Positions 1 through 12,076 of a stretch of DNA of 64,000 nt are shown piece after piece. Numbering within the stretch: position 1 is the stretch's first letter; every line of letters starts with the position of its first letter. The position numbers and the translations under genes were made by a program. Under the pieces are notes generated by a model. It was not told the origin of the DNA. It did no database searches and saw only the letters and a list, made by a program, of their open reading frames with translations. The stretch comes from Desulfobacterales bacterium (GTDB lineage: Bacteria; Desulfobacterota; Desulfobacteria; Desulfobacterales; UBA5852), in the NCBI GenBank assembly GCA_963674755.2, contig CAXXVS010000003.1, positions 352,001-416,000 on the forward strand. Direction: 5' to 3'.

Positions 1-2587
<2,587 letters not shown>

Positions 2588-2683
2588 TCCTGTGGTGGTC
2601 CCTTTTGGAATCATCAATGCCAGGCGCCGGTATTCATCGTTGCAGCGATGCCCCATCCGGCGTGATGAAAGATAAAGCGAGGC

Positions 2684-3478
2684 GTGATGTACATTCACAG
2701 TGTTGTTGCCAGGGATCTGCCGGACCTTTGGTTTCAGGCCGTTCACGACATTCTCGATCACGGTCGCCGGTTTACCATCGATCGCGGATCCTATGCCGGT
2801 CAAACCCGTCTGGAGTATGATTATTTTACAGGTCTCATCAATTATCCCGGTACCCAGCCGCTGATCCCCGACATTCCGCCCTCCTGCGGCATCCCCAACC
2901 CGGTTGAACACGACTATATTTATGGCGGTGAGGGATATGACCGCTCCTACATCGAATACCTGATGACGCCCCACAAGGAGCCGGGGGAATCCTACACTTA
3001 CGGCGAAAGACTGACACGGGTGCCCATCACCGGCGACAAGCAGGCCTGGTGGGAGGCAGGGAACACCGAAATCGTCGACCAGCGCGAGGTGGACGGCAAG
3101 GCCGTTTTCGAGGAGGAAGGGAAGCTATACCTGAACCAGATCGAATGGATCATCAATACCTATAAAAAATTCGGGTTCCGCAACAATCAGATGGTCCTGC
3201 AGGTGGCCCACCCTTCCGACCTCACCCTGGTGGACCCCCCCTGTCTGCGCTCCATCGACACCCGCATCCAGGACGATACCCTGAACTTTTTCGTCTATTT
3301 CCGCAGTTGGGATCTCTGGGGGGGGCTGCCGGCCAACCTGGCCGGGATTCAGAACCTCAAGGAATACATGGCCGCCGAAATCGGCGTTAAAGACGGTCAG
3401 ATGATCGTCGAGAGCAAAGGCTTGCACCTCTACGGCTATGCCGAAGATCTGGCCAAGTTGCGCTGCCTGAAAGACTAG
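2684..3478 (+). CDS. thyA: Thymidylate synthase-like protein (short, archaeal-like ThyA family)
   Basis: YTYGERL, PPC (catalytic Cys), FRSWDLWGGLPAN and LHLY motifs of the TS fold; start GTG 2684 or ATG 2687. Confidence 0.8.
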   Translation: MMYIHSVVARDLPDLWFQAVHDILDHGRRFTIDRGSYAGQTRLEYDYFTGLINYPGTQPLIPDIPPSCGIPNPVEHDYIYGGEGYDRSYIEYLMTPHKEPGESYTYGERLTRVPITGDKQAWWEAGNTEIVDQREVDGKAVFEEEGKLYLNQIEWIINTYKKFGFRNNQMVLQVAHPSDLTLVDPPCLRSIDTRIQDDTLNFFVYFRSWDLWGGLPANLAGIQNLKEYMAAEIGVKDGQMIVESKGLHLYGYAEDLAKLRCLKD

Positions 3479-3482
3479 ATTG

Positions 3483-3533
3483 AAATAAGAAAGGCCCTCC
3501 CTGTAGCCTGCCGGGAGGGCCTTTCTTATTTTT
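3483..3533. terminator. Bidirectional intrinsic terminator between thyA and the IS/asnS
   Basis: AAATAAGAAAGGCCCTCCC-11 nt-GGGAGGGCCTTTCTTATTT perfect inverted repeat with A/T tails. Confidence 0.85.
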
Positions 3534-3549
3534 AGGCGTAGCCTAAAAA

Positions 3550-4112
3550 GTGAAGGCTCCGACCGCCTAAAGGCGGTGGCTTCAAACGTGGTCGACTGAA
3601 GTCGACTCACGAGTCCACGGTGAAGTCGTCATCGCGGGCTCGCTCAGTGTGGGTTTGCTTTTCGATATAGTCAGCTATGACCTCATCGGTGACATTACCC
3701 GATGATGCTGCAAAATAGCCGCGAGCCCACAGATGACGACCCCAACATTGTCTGGCTAAAATACGGCTTTCGCTTAACAACCGCCTTGACGTTTTTCCTT
3801 TGATGCGTTTCATCACCTGGCTTACCGAATGATACGGCGGTACGGAAACAAACAGATGGACGTGGTCCTTGGAAACATGCCCCTTGATGATCTCTATATC
3901 CATCGCCTTGCAGATCTCACGGATCAGCTCCCGCAACCGCGTCCCCACTCCTTCACTGAGCATCGGCTTGCGATATTTCGTGATCCATACCAAATGATAC
4001 TTGATGTCATAAACCGAATGCGAGGTCTTGCGGTAATTCTTCATAATATCGCAAGCCTACTAAAGTCTTCGCCTAAAGGCGAGGGATTTTCTCCCATTCC
4101 CCGAGGGGGACA
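3550..4112 (-). mobile_element. IS200/IS605-family insertion sequence (tnpA only), 563 bp
   Basis: Y1 transposase flanked by subterminal hairpins CGCCTTTAGGCG at both ends. Left end follows TTAA (4113-4116) and right end finishes at TCAC (3550-3553, minus strand), matching guide tetramers AAAT and GAAG. Confidence 0.9.
3607..4044 (-). CDS. tnpA: IS200/IS605 Y1 (HUH) transposase
   Basis: 145 aa; YHLVWITKYR, DHVHL (HUH), LWARGYF and YIEKQ (catalytic Tyr) motifs. Confidence 0.97.
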   Translation of the reverse strand: MKNYRKTSHSVYDIKYHLVWITKYRKPMLSEGVGTRLRELIREICKAMDIEIIKGHVSKDHVHLFVSVPPYHSVSQVMKRIKGKTSRRLLSESRILARQCWGRHLWARGYFAASSGNVTDEVIADYIEKQTHTERARDDDFTVDS

Positions 4113-5495
4113 TTAAAAATCTATGGAGCCGGGCGTGCGCGGAAAGGGGATCACGTCCCGGATATTGCTGATGCCGGTCACCAGCATCAGCAGACGCTCG
4201 AACCCCAGTCCGAATCCGCTGTGGGGCACCGTGCCATACTGGCGGGATTCGAGGTACCACCAATAGGGCTCCCTGGCCATTCCCACCTCTGCCATGCGGG
4301 CCTCGATCACCTCCAAACGCTCTTCGCGCTGGCTTCCCCCGATAATCTCGCCGATGCTCGGCACCAATATATCCATGGCAGCCACGGTTTCATCATCAGC
4401 GTTCATCCGCATGTAGAAGGGCTTGATGGACTTGGGATAGTCATAGAGAATGACCGGTTTTTTAAAGTGTTCCTCCGTCAGGTAGCGTTCATGTTCCGTC
4501 TGCAGATCCTGGCCGAACCCAACAGGATAGGTAAATTTGTTTTTGGCCCTTTCCAGAATGGCCACCGCCTCGCGATAGGGCAGGCGTTCGAAATCCGAAG
4601 CGATGATATTGTCCAGGGTCGCCATGAGGCCCTTGTCTACGAAACGGGCGAAGAGTTGCAGATCGTCCGGACATTCCTCTATGACAAAGCGCACCAGGCT
4701 TTTTATCAGATCCTCCCCCAGTTCCATGTTGCCGTCCAGATCGCAAAAGGCCATTTCCGGTTCGATCATCCAAAATTCGGCGGCATGCCGCCGTGTGTTG
4801 GAATTTTCAGCCCGGAAGGTGGGACCGAAAGTGTAAACGTCCCCTAGGGAGAGGGCGAACATCTCGGCGGAAAGCTGCCCGGATACGGTCAGGTTGGCTT
4901 CCGTGCCGAAAAAATCACGGGAAAAATCAGGCTTGTGGTTTGCCATGGGGATGTGGGCCATATCCACGGTGGTGACGCGGAACAACTCTCCGGCCCCCTC
5001 GCAATCGGATCCGGTGATGATGGGGGTATGAATATAGCGGAAGCCCCGCTCTCTGAAATAGTGATGCACCGCATAGGACAATTCCGAGCGGATGCGAAAG
5101 GCGGCGCCGTATTTATTGGTACGGGGCCTTAGATGGGCAATGGTGCGCAGAAATTCATCCGTATGGCGCTTTTTCTGGAGGGGAAAAGTCTCCGGCGCCA
5201 GACTGATGATCTCCACCCGGGAGGCCTGGATTTCCCAGTCCTGTCCGCCCCCCTTGGAGGACACCAGGCGGCCCTGCACGGCCAGCGCCGATCCGGTGGA
5301 CAGCTTGCGGATATCGTCGTAGTTGGGCAGGGCTTCGTCAGCGACGACCTGGATGTTCTTCAGGCTTGATCCATCATTGACTTCGATAAATGAAAAGGTT
5401 TTGGAATCACGCCGGGTACGCACCCATCCCTTGATGAGAACGTCTTCCAACCCACTTTCCAGACCCAGCAACACCTTAATTTTTGTTCGCTTCAT
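4113..5495 (-). CDS. asnS: Asparagine--tRNA ligase
   Basis: GWVRTRR OB-fold, LTVSGQL, TFRAENSNTRRHAAEFWMIEPE, GEIIGGSQREER, PHSGFGLGFERL; start at MKRTKIK (ATG 5495). Confidence 0.97.
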   Translation of the reverse strand: MKRTKIKVLLGLESGLEDVLIKGWVRTRRDSKTFSFIEVNDGSSLKNIQVVADEALPNYDDIRKLSTGSALAVQGRLVSSKGGGQDWEIQASRVEIISLAPETFPLQKKRHTDEFLRTIAHLRPRTNKYGAAFRIRSELSYAVHHYFRERGFRYIHTPIITGSDCEGAGELFRVTTVDMAHIPMANHKPDFSRDFFGTEANLTVSGQLSAEMFALSLGDVYTFGPTFRAENSNTRRHAAEFWMIEPEMAFCDLDGNMELGEDLIKSLVRFVIEECPDDLQLFARFVDKGLMATLDNIIASDFERLPYREAVAILERAKNKFTYPVGFGQDLQTEHERYLTEEHFKKPVILYDYPKSIKPFYMRMNADDETVAAMDILVPSIGEIIGGSQREERLEVIEARMAEVGMAREPYWWYLESRQYGTVPHSGFGLGFERLLMLVTGISNIRDVIPFPRTPGSIDF

Positions 5496-5553
5496 CGACG
5501 TTTTCCTTGACGGCAATTATGGTTATTCAAACGCCAGGTGCCGCTGACAGCGA

Positions 5554-6936
5554 TCAACGGGTCATGGGTACGGTGATGTAATAGCGCTGGTTGTCGCGTT
5601 GCAGCAGCAAGACAACGGAGGTTTCATCGCGGTATTTGATGACCGCCTTGTGGAAATCCTTAGCGTCACGCACCATAAACTCATTGACCTGGCGAATCAC
5701 ATCCCCGGTCCGGACACCGGTACGGGACAGGTAGCCACCCTGTTTGACATCGGAAACGACCGCCCCTTCTTGTGATGCGGGGTCGACTTTAAGTCCTAAT
5801 AAGGTATAGGCAAGATCCGGCCCCTTGCCAATGGGAAAAGCGCGGGCTTCGAGCCGGATGTCGCGCTTTTTGCCATCCCGCCAGATCGTCACCGACATTC
5901 GATCGCCGACACCGTAGTTTTGCAGACGGGCTTGGTAATCCTCGACCGAAACGATTTTACGGCTGTCGATGGCCAGAATGATATCTCCCGCCCGCAGGCC
6001 GGCCTTGTGGGCCGGGCTGTCGGAATCGACGGTGGAAATCATCACGCCCTGTTTTTTGGGGAGATTGTAATAGCGGGTCAGGCTGCCATCCAGCTCCTGG
6101 ACCCAGGCGCCGACCCAGGCATCGATGACCTCGCCGTAGGCGATCAGGTCTTCGATGATGCGGCGGGCCTTGTTGATGGGGATGGCGAAGCCGATTCCCT
6201 GGGCCCCGGCATAGATGGCGGTGTTGATGCCGATCAAATCGCCATTGATGTTCAACAGGGGTCCCCCGCTGTTGCCAGGATTAATGGAGGCGTCCGTCTG
6301 GATGAAATCGTGGAAAACGCGGTCTTTGGTGCGGAAACTGCGATTGTGGGCACTGATGACACCGGTAGTGACGGTATTGGAGAAGCCAAAAGGATTACCG
6401 ATGGCAATCACGGTTTCACCGATCAGCAGATCACGGCTATCGCCCATGGCAACGGACGGCAGGGGACCCTTGGGCTTGATTTGCAGGACGGCCAGATCGG
6501 AATCAAGATCGATACCAACGATTTCAGCCGTGTACTCACGCTCGTCATTGAGGGTGACATTGACCGTACCGGTTTTTTCCACCACATGGGCGTTGGTCAA
6601 AATATAGCCGCGACGACCGTCGATGATCACTCCGGATCCTAAACTGGTGCGTTTGTAGTGCCGGTCGAATCCCGGATCAAAAAAATCGTTGAAAAAATCC
6701 TCGAACAAGGGATTGGAAAATTCGGCGAACGGGCTGATCCGTTTGCGAATTTCATACTCCAGGCTTATGTTTACAACCGACGGGCTGACTTTGCTGACCG
6801 CCTCCACGACAGCGCTGCGCCGGGAAGTGGTCTGGCCGGCCCGTGTGGAAGGAACGCCGGCCAGCACGACCAGCAGGGCGGCCAGGAGGCATAACGGCAC
6901 GTGTTTATAGTTGCTTTGTTGGTTGAAATTTGTCAT
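5554..6936 (-). CDS. degP: DegP/DegQ (Do family) periplasmic serine protease with two PDZ domains
   Basis: SLGSGVII, LTNAHVV, DLAVL, IQTDASINPGNSGGPL; N-terminal hydrophobic signal; start taken at ATG 6936. Confidence 0.92.
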   Translation of the reverse strand: MTNFNQQSNYKHVPLCLLAALLVVLAGVPSTRAGQTTSRRSAVVEAVSKVSPSVVNISLEYEIRKRISPFAEFSNPLFEDFFNDFFDPGFDRHYKRTSLGSGVIIDGRRGYILTNAHVVEKTGTVNVTLNDEREYTAEIVGIDLDSDLAVLQIKPKGPLPSVAMGDSRDLLIGETVIAIGNPFGFSNTVTTGVISAHNRSFRTKDRVFHDFIQTDASINPGNSGGPLLNINGDLIGINTAIYAGAQGIGFAIPINKARRIIEDLIAYGEVIDAWVGAWVQELDGSLTRYYNLPKKQGVMISTVDSDSPAHKAGLRAGDIILAIDSRKIVSVEDYQARLQNYGVGDRMSVTIWRDGKKRDIRLEARAFPIGKGPDLAYTLLGLKVDPASQEGAVVSDVKQGGYLSRTGVRTGDVIRQVNEFMVRDAKDFHKAVIKYRDETSVVLLLQRDNQRYYITVPMTR

Positions 6937-7042
6937 GTGAGCCCCCACTCTATCAATACGCGCATCGCCAGAGCGGCCCGCAGAGGAGAAGTAGCCGTCA
7001 GGCTGGCGATTTGATTCAAATTCAGGAACGGCATTACCTAAC

Positions 7043-9562
7043 ATGAGGTCGACGCACATTCAAGATATCCTGCCACTGGTAGACGCCCCCAGCCGTTATC
7101 TGGGAAGCGAGATCAATACCATCAAGAAAGATCCCAGGAAGGTCAAATTGAAGGTGGCCATGGCTTTTCCTGATCTTTATGAAATCGGCACATCCCATTT
7201 CGGTCTCCAGATCCTCTACCACATACTTAACCGGCATCCCGCTATTCTGGCCGAACGGGTTTTTACCCCCGCAGCAGACATGGAAGGTTTCCTGCGGGAA
7301 AGAGGGCTGCCGCTCCAGGCGCTGGAGTCCGGACGGCCCCTGGCGCAGTTCGACATTCTGGGCTTCAGCCTGCTCTATGAGCTCAACTATACCAATGTGT
7401 TGATGATGTTGGAACTGGCCGGCCTGCCCTTCAAGAGTGCAGACCGCGACCAGCGTCATCCCCTGGTTATTGCCGGGGGTCCCTGCACCTGCAACCCGGC
7501 GCCGGTGGCGGACTTTTTCGACGCCATCGTGGTGGGGGACGGCGAAGAGGTCCTGCTCCAGATGGCCGAAGCCTGGATCGATTGGCATCAAAACGGCGGG
7601 CGGTCCCGGGAGAATTTGTTGAAACATTGGTCGCAATTAACCGGAGTGTATGTGCCGGCCCTGTATGATCGAATGTGCGATGGTGAGCCGGCCGCCGGGC
7701 CGACGCGCGTCCATAGGGCCGTTTTGGGTGATTTGGACGGTGCCGACTTTCCGACCGCACCGATCGTTCCCTTCAGCCGGCCGGTGCATGACCGATTACG
7801 GCTCGAGCTGGCCAGGGGTTGCACCCGCGGCTGCCGCTTCTGCCAGGCGGGAATGATCTATCGGCCGGTCCGCGAACGCCATCCCGCAACGGTGATGCGT
7901 CAGTGCGAACAGTCCCTGGCCAAAACCGGTTACGATGATATTTCGCTGCTCTCGCTGAGCACGGGGGACTACCGCTGTATTGCGCCCCTGATGGAACAGA
8001 TGATCCACCGTTACGCCTGCGATCACGTGGCTCTCTCGCTGCCGTCCCTGCGGGCCGGTACCCTGACACCCGAGTTGATGGCGCACATCAAGGCGGTTCG
8101 CAAGACCGGTTTTACCATCGCACCCGAAGCCGGCAGCCAGCGGCTACGGGACGTTATCAATAAAAATATCACGGCTCAGGACATCCATCAAACCGTTCAG
8201 GACGCTTTCGGCCTGGGATGGAACCTCATTAAACTCTATTTTATGGTGGGGTTGCCCACCGAACAGCAGGCGGATCTGGAAGAACTGGTGTCTCTCGCCC
8301 GGGAATTGAGTCAGATCAGGACGCCCGGCAGGAAAAAGAATACCATCAACGTGAGCGTGGCGACCATGATCCCCAAGCCCCATACGCCCTTTCAATGGGC
8401 ATCCCAGATCAGCATTGCCGAGGGGTGGCAGAAGATCAATTGGATCAGGGAAGCGCTGCGCTCGCCGCATATCCGGCTCAAATGGCAAAACCCGGAAGTC
8501 AGCTATATTGAGGGGCTTATGGCCCGCGGGGACCGGCGTATGGCCGAGCTGATCCTGTGTGCCTACCGCAACGGCTGCCGCTTGGACGGGTGGAGCGACC
8601 ACTTCCGTTTCGATCTCTGGCAGAAGAGCATTGAAGAGGTTGGATTGGACGCGGACGACATCGTATACCGGGAACGCGCTTCGACCGAAGATTTCCCCTG
8701 GGACCATATCGATATGCGCGTGAAACGGTCCTATCTCTGGGATGAGTGGCAGCGGGGCCTGCGCGGGGATACCACGGGGGACTGCCGGGACGGTGCCTGT
8801 CAGGATTGCGGGGTATGCGATTTCAGCGACATCAAACCAAGGATTCATTCGACCAAAGGGTTTAATGCCGCTGGCAAGACGGAACCCAAACAGCCGGTCG
8901 CGGATTTCCAACCCTTTAGCGTCTCTTTTAGCAAAACGGGGAAGGGGCGCTTTTGGGGACATCTTGAGATGGTGAATATTTTCATCAGGGCGCTGCGGCG
9001 GGCCGGCATCCGCGTGAAATTCAGTGCCGGCTTTCATCCCAAACCCAAATTGGTCTTCGACGACGCGCTGCCTATCGGCATGGAAAGCCTTGTTGAAACG
9101 ATGTTGTTCTCGCCTGAAGCGGGTTGGGCGCCTCAAGAACTGGTAAGTCGGCTCAATGCCGAACTTCCCGAAGGTTTGAGGATCACGGACTGCCAGCCTT
9201 ACGACAAAAAAAATCAACCCGTAACCCGGTCGGTTGTCTACCGGGTTACGCTTAGTAACAGCGATTCTTTCGATCCCCAAGCCGTGCAGCGTTTTGAAGC
9301 GGCCGAATCGGTTGATTACGCCAAAACCAATCGCAAAGGTTTGTTGAAAAAGATCAATCTCAAGGCTATGGTGAAGCGCATCGACTTGCTGGGATCGGAA
9401 ACGCTTGAGATGGAATGCCTAGCGCATTCAGGTGGTTTTATTCGTCCGGATATTGTTTTAAAGCATGTGTGCGCATTATCGTCGGAGGCGATTCGGGGCG
9501 CCCGGGTCGTCAAGCTCCGTTACGGGCAGCCGTCTAGCAGTCCACCCCCCAAAGGGGATTAA
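7043..9562 (+). CDS. Radical SAM protein (TIGR03960-like) fused to radical SAM-linked DUF2344/TIGR03936-like domain
   Basis: 839 aa; PSRYLGSE, AFPDLYEIG, CTRGCRFC (CxxxCxxC), TIAPEAGSQRLR, DCRDGACQDCGVC; C-terminal GHLE...ALRRAG...FSAGFHPKPK. Confidence 0.9.
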   Translation: MRSTHIQDILPLVDAPSRYLGSEINTIKKDPRKVKLKVAMAFPDLYEIGTSHFGLQILYHILNRHPAILAERVFTPAADMEGFLRERGLPLQALESGRPLAQFDILGFSLLYELNYTNVLMMLELAGLPFKSADRDQRHPLVIAGGPCTCNPAPVADFFDAIVVGDGEEVLLQMAEAWIDWHQNGGRSRENLLKHWSQLTGVYVPALYDRMCDGEPAAGPTRVHRAVLGDLDGADFPTAPIVPFSRPVHDRLRLELARGCTRGCRFCQAGMIYRPVRERHPATVMRQCEQSLAKTGYDDISLLSLSTGDYRCIAPLMEQMIHRYACDHVALSLPSLRAGTLTPELMAHIKAVRKTGFTIAPEAGSQRLRDVINKNITAQDIHQTVQDAFGLGWNLIKLYFMVGLPTEQQADLEELVSLARELSQIRTPGRKKNTINVSVATMIPKPHTPFQWASQISIAEGWQKINWIREALRSPHIRLKWQNPEVSYIEGLMARGDRRMAELILCAYRNGCRLDGWSDHFRFDLWQKSIEEVGLDADDIVYRERASTEDFPWDHIDMRVKRSYLWDEWQRGLRGDTTGDCRDGACQDCGVCDFSDIKPRIHSTKGFNAAGKTEPKQPVADFQPFSVSFSKTGKGRFWGHLEMVNIFIRALRRAGIRVKFSAGFHPKPKLVFDDALPIGMESLVETMLFSPEAGWAPQELVSRLNAELPEGLRITDCQPYDKKNQPVTRSVVYRVTLSNSDSFDPQAVQRFEAAESVDYAKTNRKGLLKKINLKAMVKRIDLLGSETLEMECLAHSGGFIRPDIVLKHVCALSSEAIRGARVVKLRYGQPSSSPPPKGD

Positions 9563-9582
9563 CGTGCAAGACTGTCACCATC

Positions 9583-11115
9583 ATGTTTAAAGAAATTGTC
9601 ATCAACGTCACCGGACGTGAGACCCGAGTGGCTCTTCTGGAAGACAGCACCATCGTCGAGCTATTCATCGAACGCGGTGATATTGTCGATATTACCGGGA
9701 ATATTTATAAAGGTCGCGTGCAGCGGGTGTTGCCGGGCATCCAGGCGGCCTTCATTGATATCGGATTGAACCAGGCCGCTTTTATTTATGTGGATGATGT
9801 CATCCGCAACGGTTTCAAGGAAGTGGAACGCGAACTGGCCGAGGGGGACGGCGAAAACGATACTGTGGATGAGATGCTCGATGCGCTGCGGGCCGAGGAG
9901 CGGGAATATCCCATTGAAGATTTGCTGACGGAGGGACAGGATATCCTGGCCCATGTTGCCAAAGCCCCCATGGGGACCAAAGGGCCTCGGGTCACATCCT
10001 ATATCTCGTTGCCGGGGCGCTATCTCGTGTTGATGCCTTTTTCAAATCATATCGGTGTTTCGCGGCGCATCGAGGATGAGGATGAGCGCAAGCGACTGAA
10101 GCACATGATCGGAGAGATGCGCGACAATGACTATGGCTATATTGTGCGAACGGCAGCCGAAGGCATCGACCAAGCCCGCATCGTTCACGAAAAGCAATTC
10201 CTTGTCAATCTATGGGAAAACATCCAGCGCAAGTTCAAGACCGCCCCGTGCCCCAGCCTCATCCATCAGGAGTTATCCCTGAGCTTGCGCGCCGTACGGG
10301 ATCTGCTGATCCACGAAGCTGATCAACTGGTCATCGATTCCTCGCACGAATATGAAACGATCCGCGCCTTCCTGGATGTGTTTATGCCGAACCTGAAGGG
10401 GCGGGTGAGCCTTTATGACGGACGTGAGCCGATCTTTGACGCCTATAATCTGGAGGGCGACATTTCCAGGGCGCTCAAACGTAAAGTCTGGTTGAAATCA
10501 GGAGGCTACATCATCATCGAACACACCGAGGCCCTGGTGGCGATCGATGTCAATACCGGGCGCTATGTCGGCAAACACAACCTGGAAGAGACGATTCTCA
10601 AGACCAATCTGGAAGCAGTCAAAGAAATCGCTTATCAAGTGCGTTTGCGCGACATCGGCGGGCTCATTATTATCGATTTTATCGATATGCAGAAAAAGAC
10701 CAGCCAGGATAAGGTCTACAACGCACTTAAGGATGCCCTTACCAAGGACCGCAGCAAAACCCACGTCCTGCCGATTTCCGATATGGGTCTCATTCAAATG
10801 ACCCGTAAACGCAACAAGGAACCGTTGACCCGAATGATGTGCGAGCCCTGCGTCTATTGTGAAGGCGAGGGGTATATGATCTCGCGGCAATCGATTTGCT
10901 ACAATGTCTACCGGGAGATCATGCGGGAAAGCCAGGATATCACCGGAGAGCGGCTATCGGTCAAGGTGAACCCGGAAGTGGCCGATCTGCTGCACGGGGA
11001 GGAAAATGAGCTGATCCTAGCGCTGGAGCGCCAAATCGGACGACCGATTTTCATTTACCCTAATCCCCAGTTCCACATGGAGGAAATCGAAATCATCGAG
11101 ATTCTGAAGGACTGA
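9583..11115 (+). CDS. rng: Ribonuclease E/G family endoribonuclease
   Basis: GNIYKGRVQRVLPGIQAAFIDIG, AIDVNTG, RLRDIGGLIIIDFIDM, Zn-link CVYCEG. Confidence 0.95.
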   Translation: MFKEIVINVTGRETRVALLEDSTIVELFIERGDIVDITGNIYKGRVQRVLPGIQAAFIDIGLNQAAFIYVDDVIRNGFKEVERELAEGDGENDTVDEMLDALRAEEREYPIEDLLTEGQDILAHVAKAPMGTKGPRVTSYISLPGRYLVLMPFSNHIGVSRRIEDEDERKRLKHMIGEMRDNDYGYIVRTAAEGIDQARIVHEKQFLVNLWENIQRKFKTAPCPSLIHQELSLSLRAVRDLLIHEADQLVIDSSHEYETIRAFLDVFMPNLKGRVSLYDGREPIFDAYNLEGDISRALKRKVWLKSGGYIIIEHTEALVAIDVNTGRYVGKHNLEETILKTNLEAVKEIAYQVRLRDIGGLIIIDFIDMQKKTSQDKVYNALKDALTKDRSKTHVLPISDMGLIQMTRKRNKEPLTRMMCEPCVYCEGEGYMISRQSICYNVYREIMRESQDITGERLSVKVNPEVADLLHGEENELILALERQIGRPIFIYPNPQFHMEEIEIIEILKD

Positions 11116-11195
11116 ATCGATCGGGATGGGATCAAAGAAATTATTGACAAAAACAATATCATATGGTCAATAACTGAGGTTACGGTTATGAAATT

Positions 11196-11225
11196 GCCGG
11201 AATAGCTATTCCGGCTTATTTTTTT
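11196..11225 (+). terminator. Intrinsic terminator-like hairpin between rng and rpmH
   Basis: GCCGGAATAGCTATTCCGGC (perfect 20-bp palindrome) followed by TTATTTTTTT. Confidence 0.7.
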
Positions 11226-11274
11226 AGCAGCCCACAGATAATGTAGGGCGGTGCCATAAAAGAAGGTCGAAGCC

Positions 11275-11415
11275 ATGAAAAGAACCTATCAGCCCAGTCG
11301 AATCAAACGTGCCCGAACCCATGGGTTTCGTAAGCGGATGTCCACCAAAGGAGGGCGGGCCGTGATCAATCGCCGTCGCGCCAAAGGCCGTAAACGGCTA
11401 GCCGTTAAATATTGA
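11275..11415 (+). CDS. rpmH: 50S ribosomal protein L34 (not in ORF track, 46 aa)
   Basis: Manual translation [46 protein letters not shown]. Confidence 0.98.
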   Translation: MKRTYQPSRIKRARTHGFRKRMSTKGGRAVINRRRAKGRKRLAVKY

Positions 11416-11460
11416 TCCGAAGTGGCGGCGCCCAAAAAGTCAATTGTGCTGTAAAGGTGA

Positions 11461-11844
11461 ATGCGCCGATCAGATGATGAAAGGCGATGGGCGAAAGTGC
11501 GATCTTTGGGGCAAGGATTTCCTAAAGCGAACCGCATACGCAAGCGCCCCGAATTCAAGCAATTGGGTGAGGTGGGAAAACGCCTTGTGGGGCGGCACTT
11601 CATTGTGGTTTACGTTTCCAGTGAACATCCCCAATCCCGAATCGGTATCACCGTTACCAAAAAGGTAGGAAACGCGGTAACCCGCAATCGCCTCAAGCGA
11701 GTGTGTCGAGAGTTTTTTCGTACCTACCGGAAACGATTGGCGGTTGCTTACGATGTGCACCTTATCGCGCGCAACGCCGCCGCGGGGGCAGCCCATAAAG
11801 AATTAGTCTATAGCCTTGAAAAGCTCTTCTCCCAAATTAAGTGA
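11461..11844 (+). CDS. rnpA: Ribonuclease P protein component
   Basis: [21 protein letters not shown] (RNR motif); follows rpmH; true start probably a little downstream. Confidence 0.95.
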   Translation: MRRSDDERRWAKVRSLGQGFPKANRIRKRPEFKQLGEVGKRLVGRHFIVVYVSSEHPQSRIGITVTKKVGNAVTRNRLKRVCREFFRTYRKRLAVAYDVHLIARNAAAGAAHKELVYSLEKLFSQIK

Positions 11845-12076
11845 GGGCCTGCAGGAACTTGGGATCGGCGCCTGGATTATCCTGAAGATGATAAAGGGAT
11901 ATCAATGGTTCATATCCCCGCTGCTTGGCCCCCGGTGCCGCTTTTATCCGACCTGCTCACAATATGCCGCCGAAGCCGTTTTACGTCACGGAATCCTCAG
12001 AGGCACGTTTCTCAGCATCAAAAGAATTTTAAAATGCCATCCGTTCCATCCCGGCGGTGTCGACCCTGTTCCGTGA
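11816..12076 (+). CDS. yidD: Membrane protein insertion efficiency factor
   Basis: [23 protein letters not shown]...[17 protein letters not shown]; start uncertain (TTG 11816, ATG 11888). Confidence 0.95.
   Translation: MKSSSPKLSEGLQELGIGAWIILKMIKGYQWFISPLLGPRCRFYPTCSQYAAEAVLRHGILRGTFLSIKRILKCHPFHPGGVDPVP

Noticed and set aside
3480..3606. tnpB or omega-RNA associated with the IS
   Set aside because: Only ~57 nt between the tnpA stop and the right end; no room for tnpB/iscB.
8144..9280. 378-aa ORF antisense to the radical SAM fusion (similarly 56135-57190 and 59665-60492 in the Mrp operon)
   Set aside because: Antisense shadow ORFs without protein-like features.
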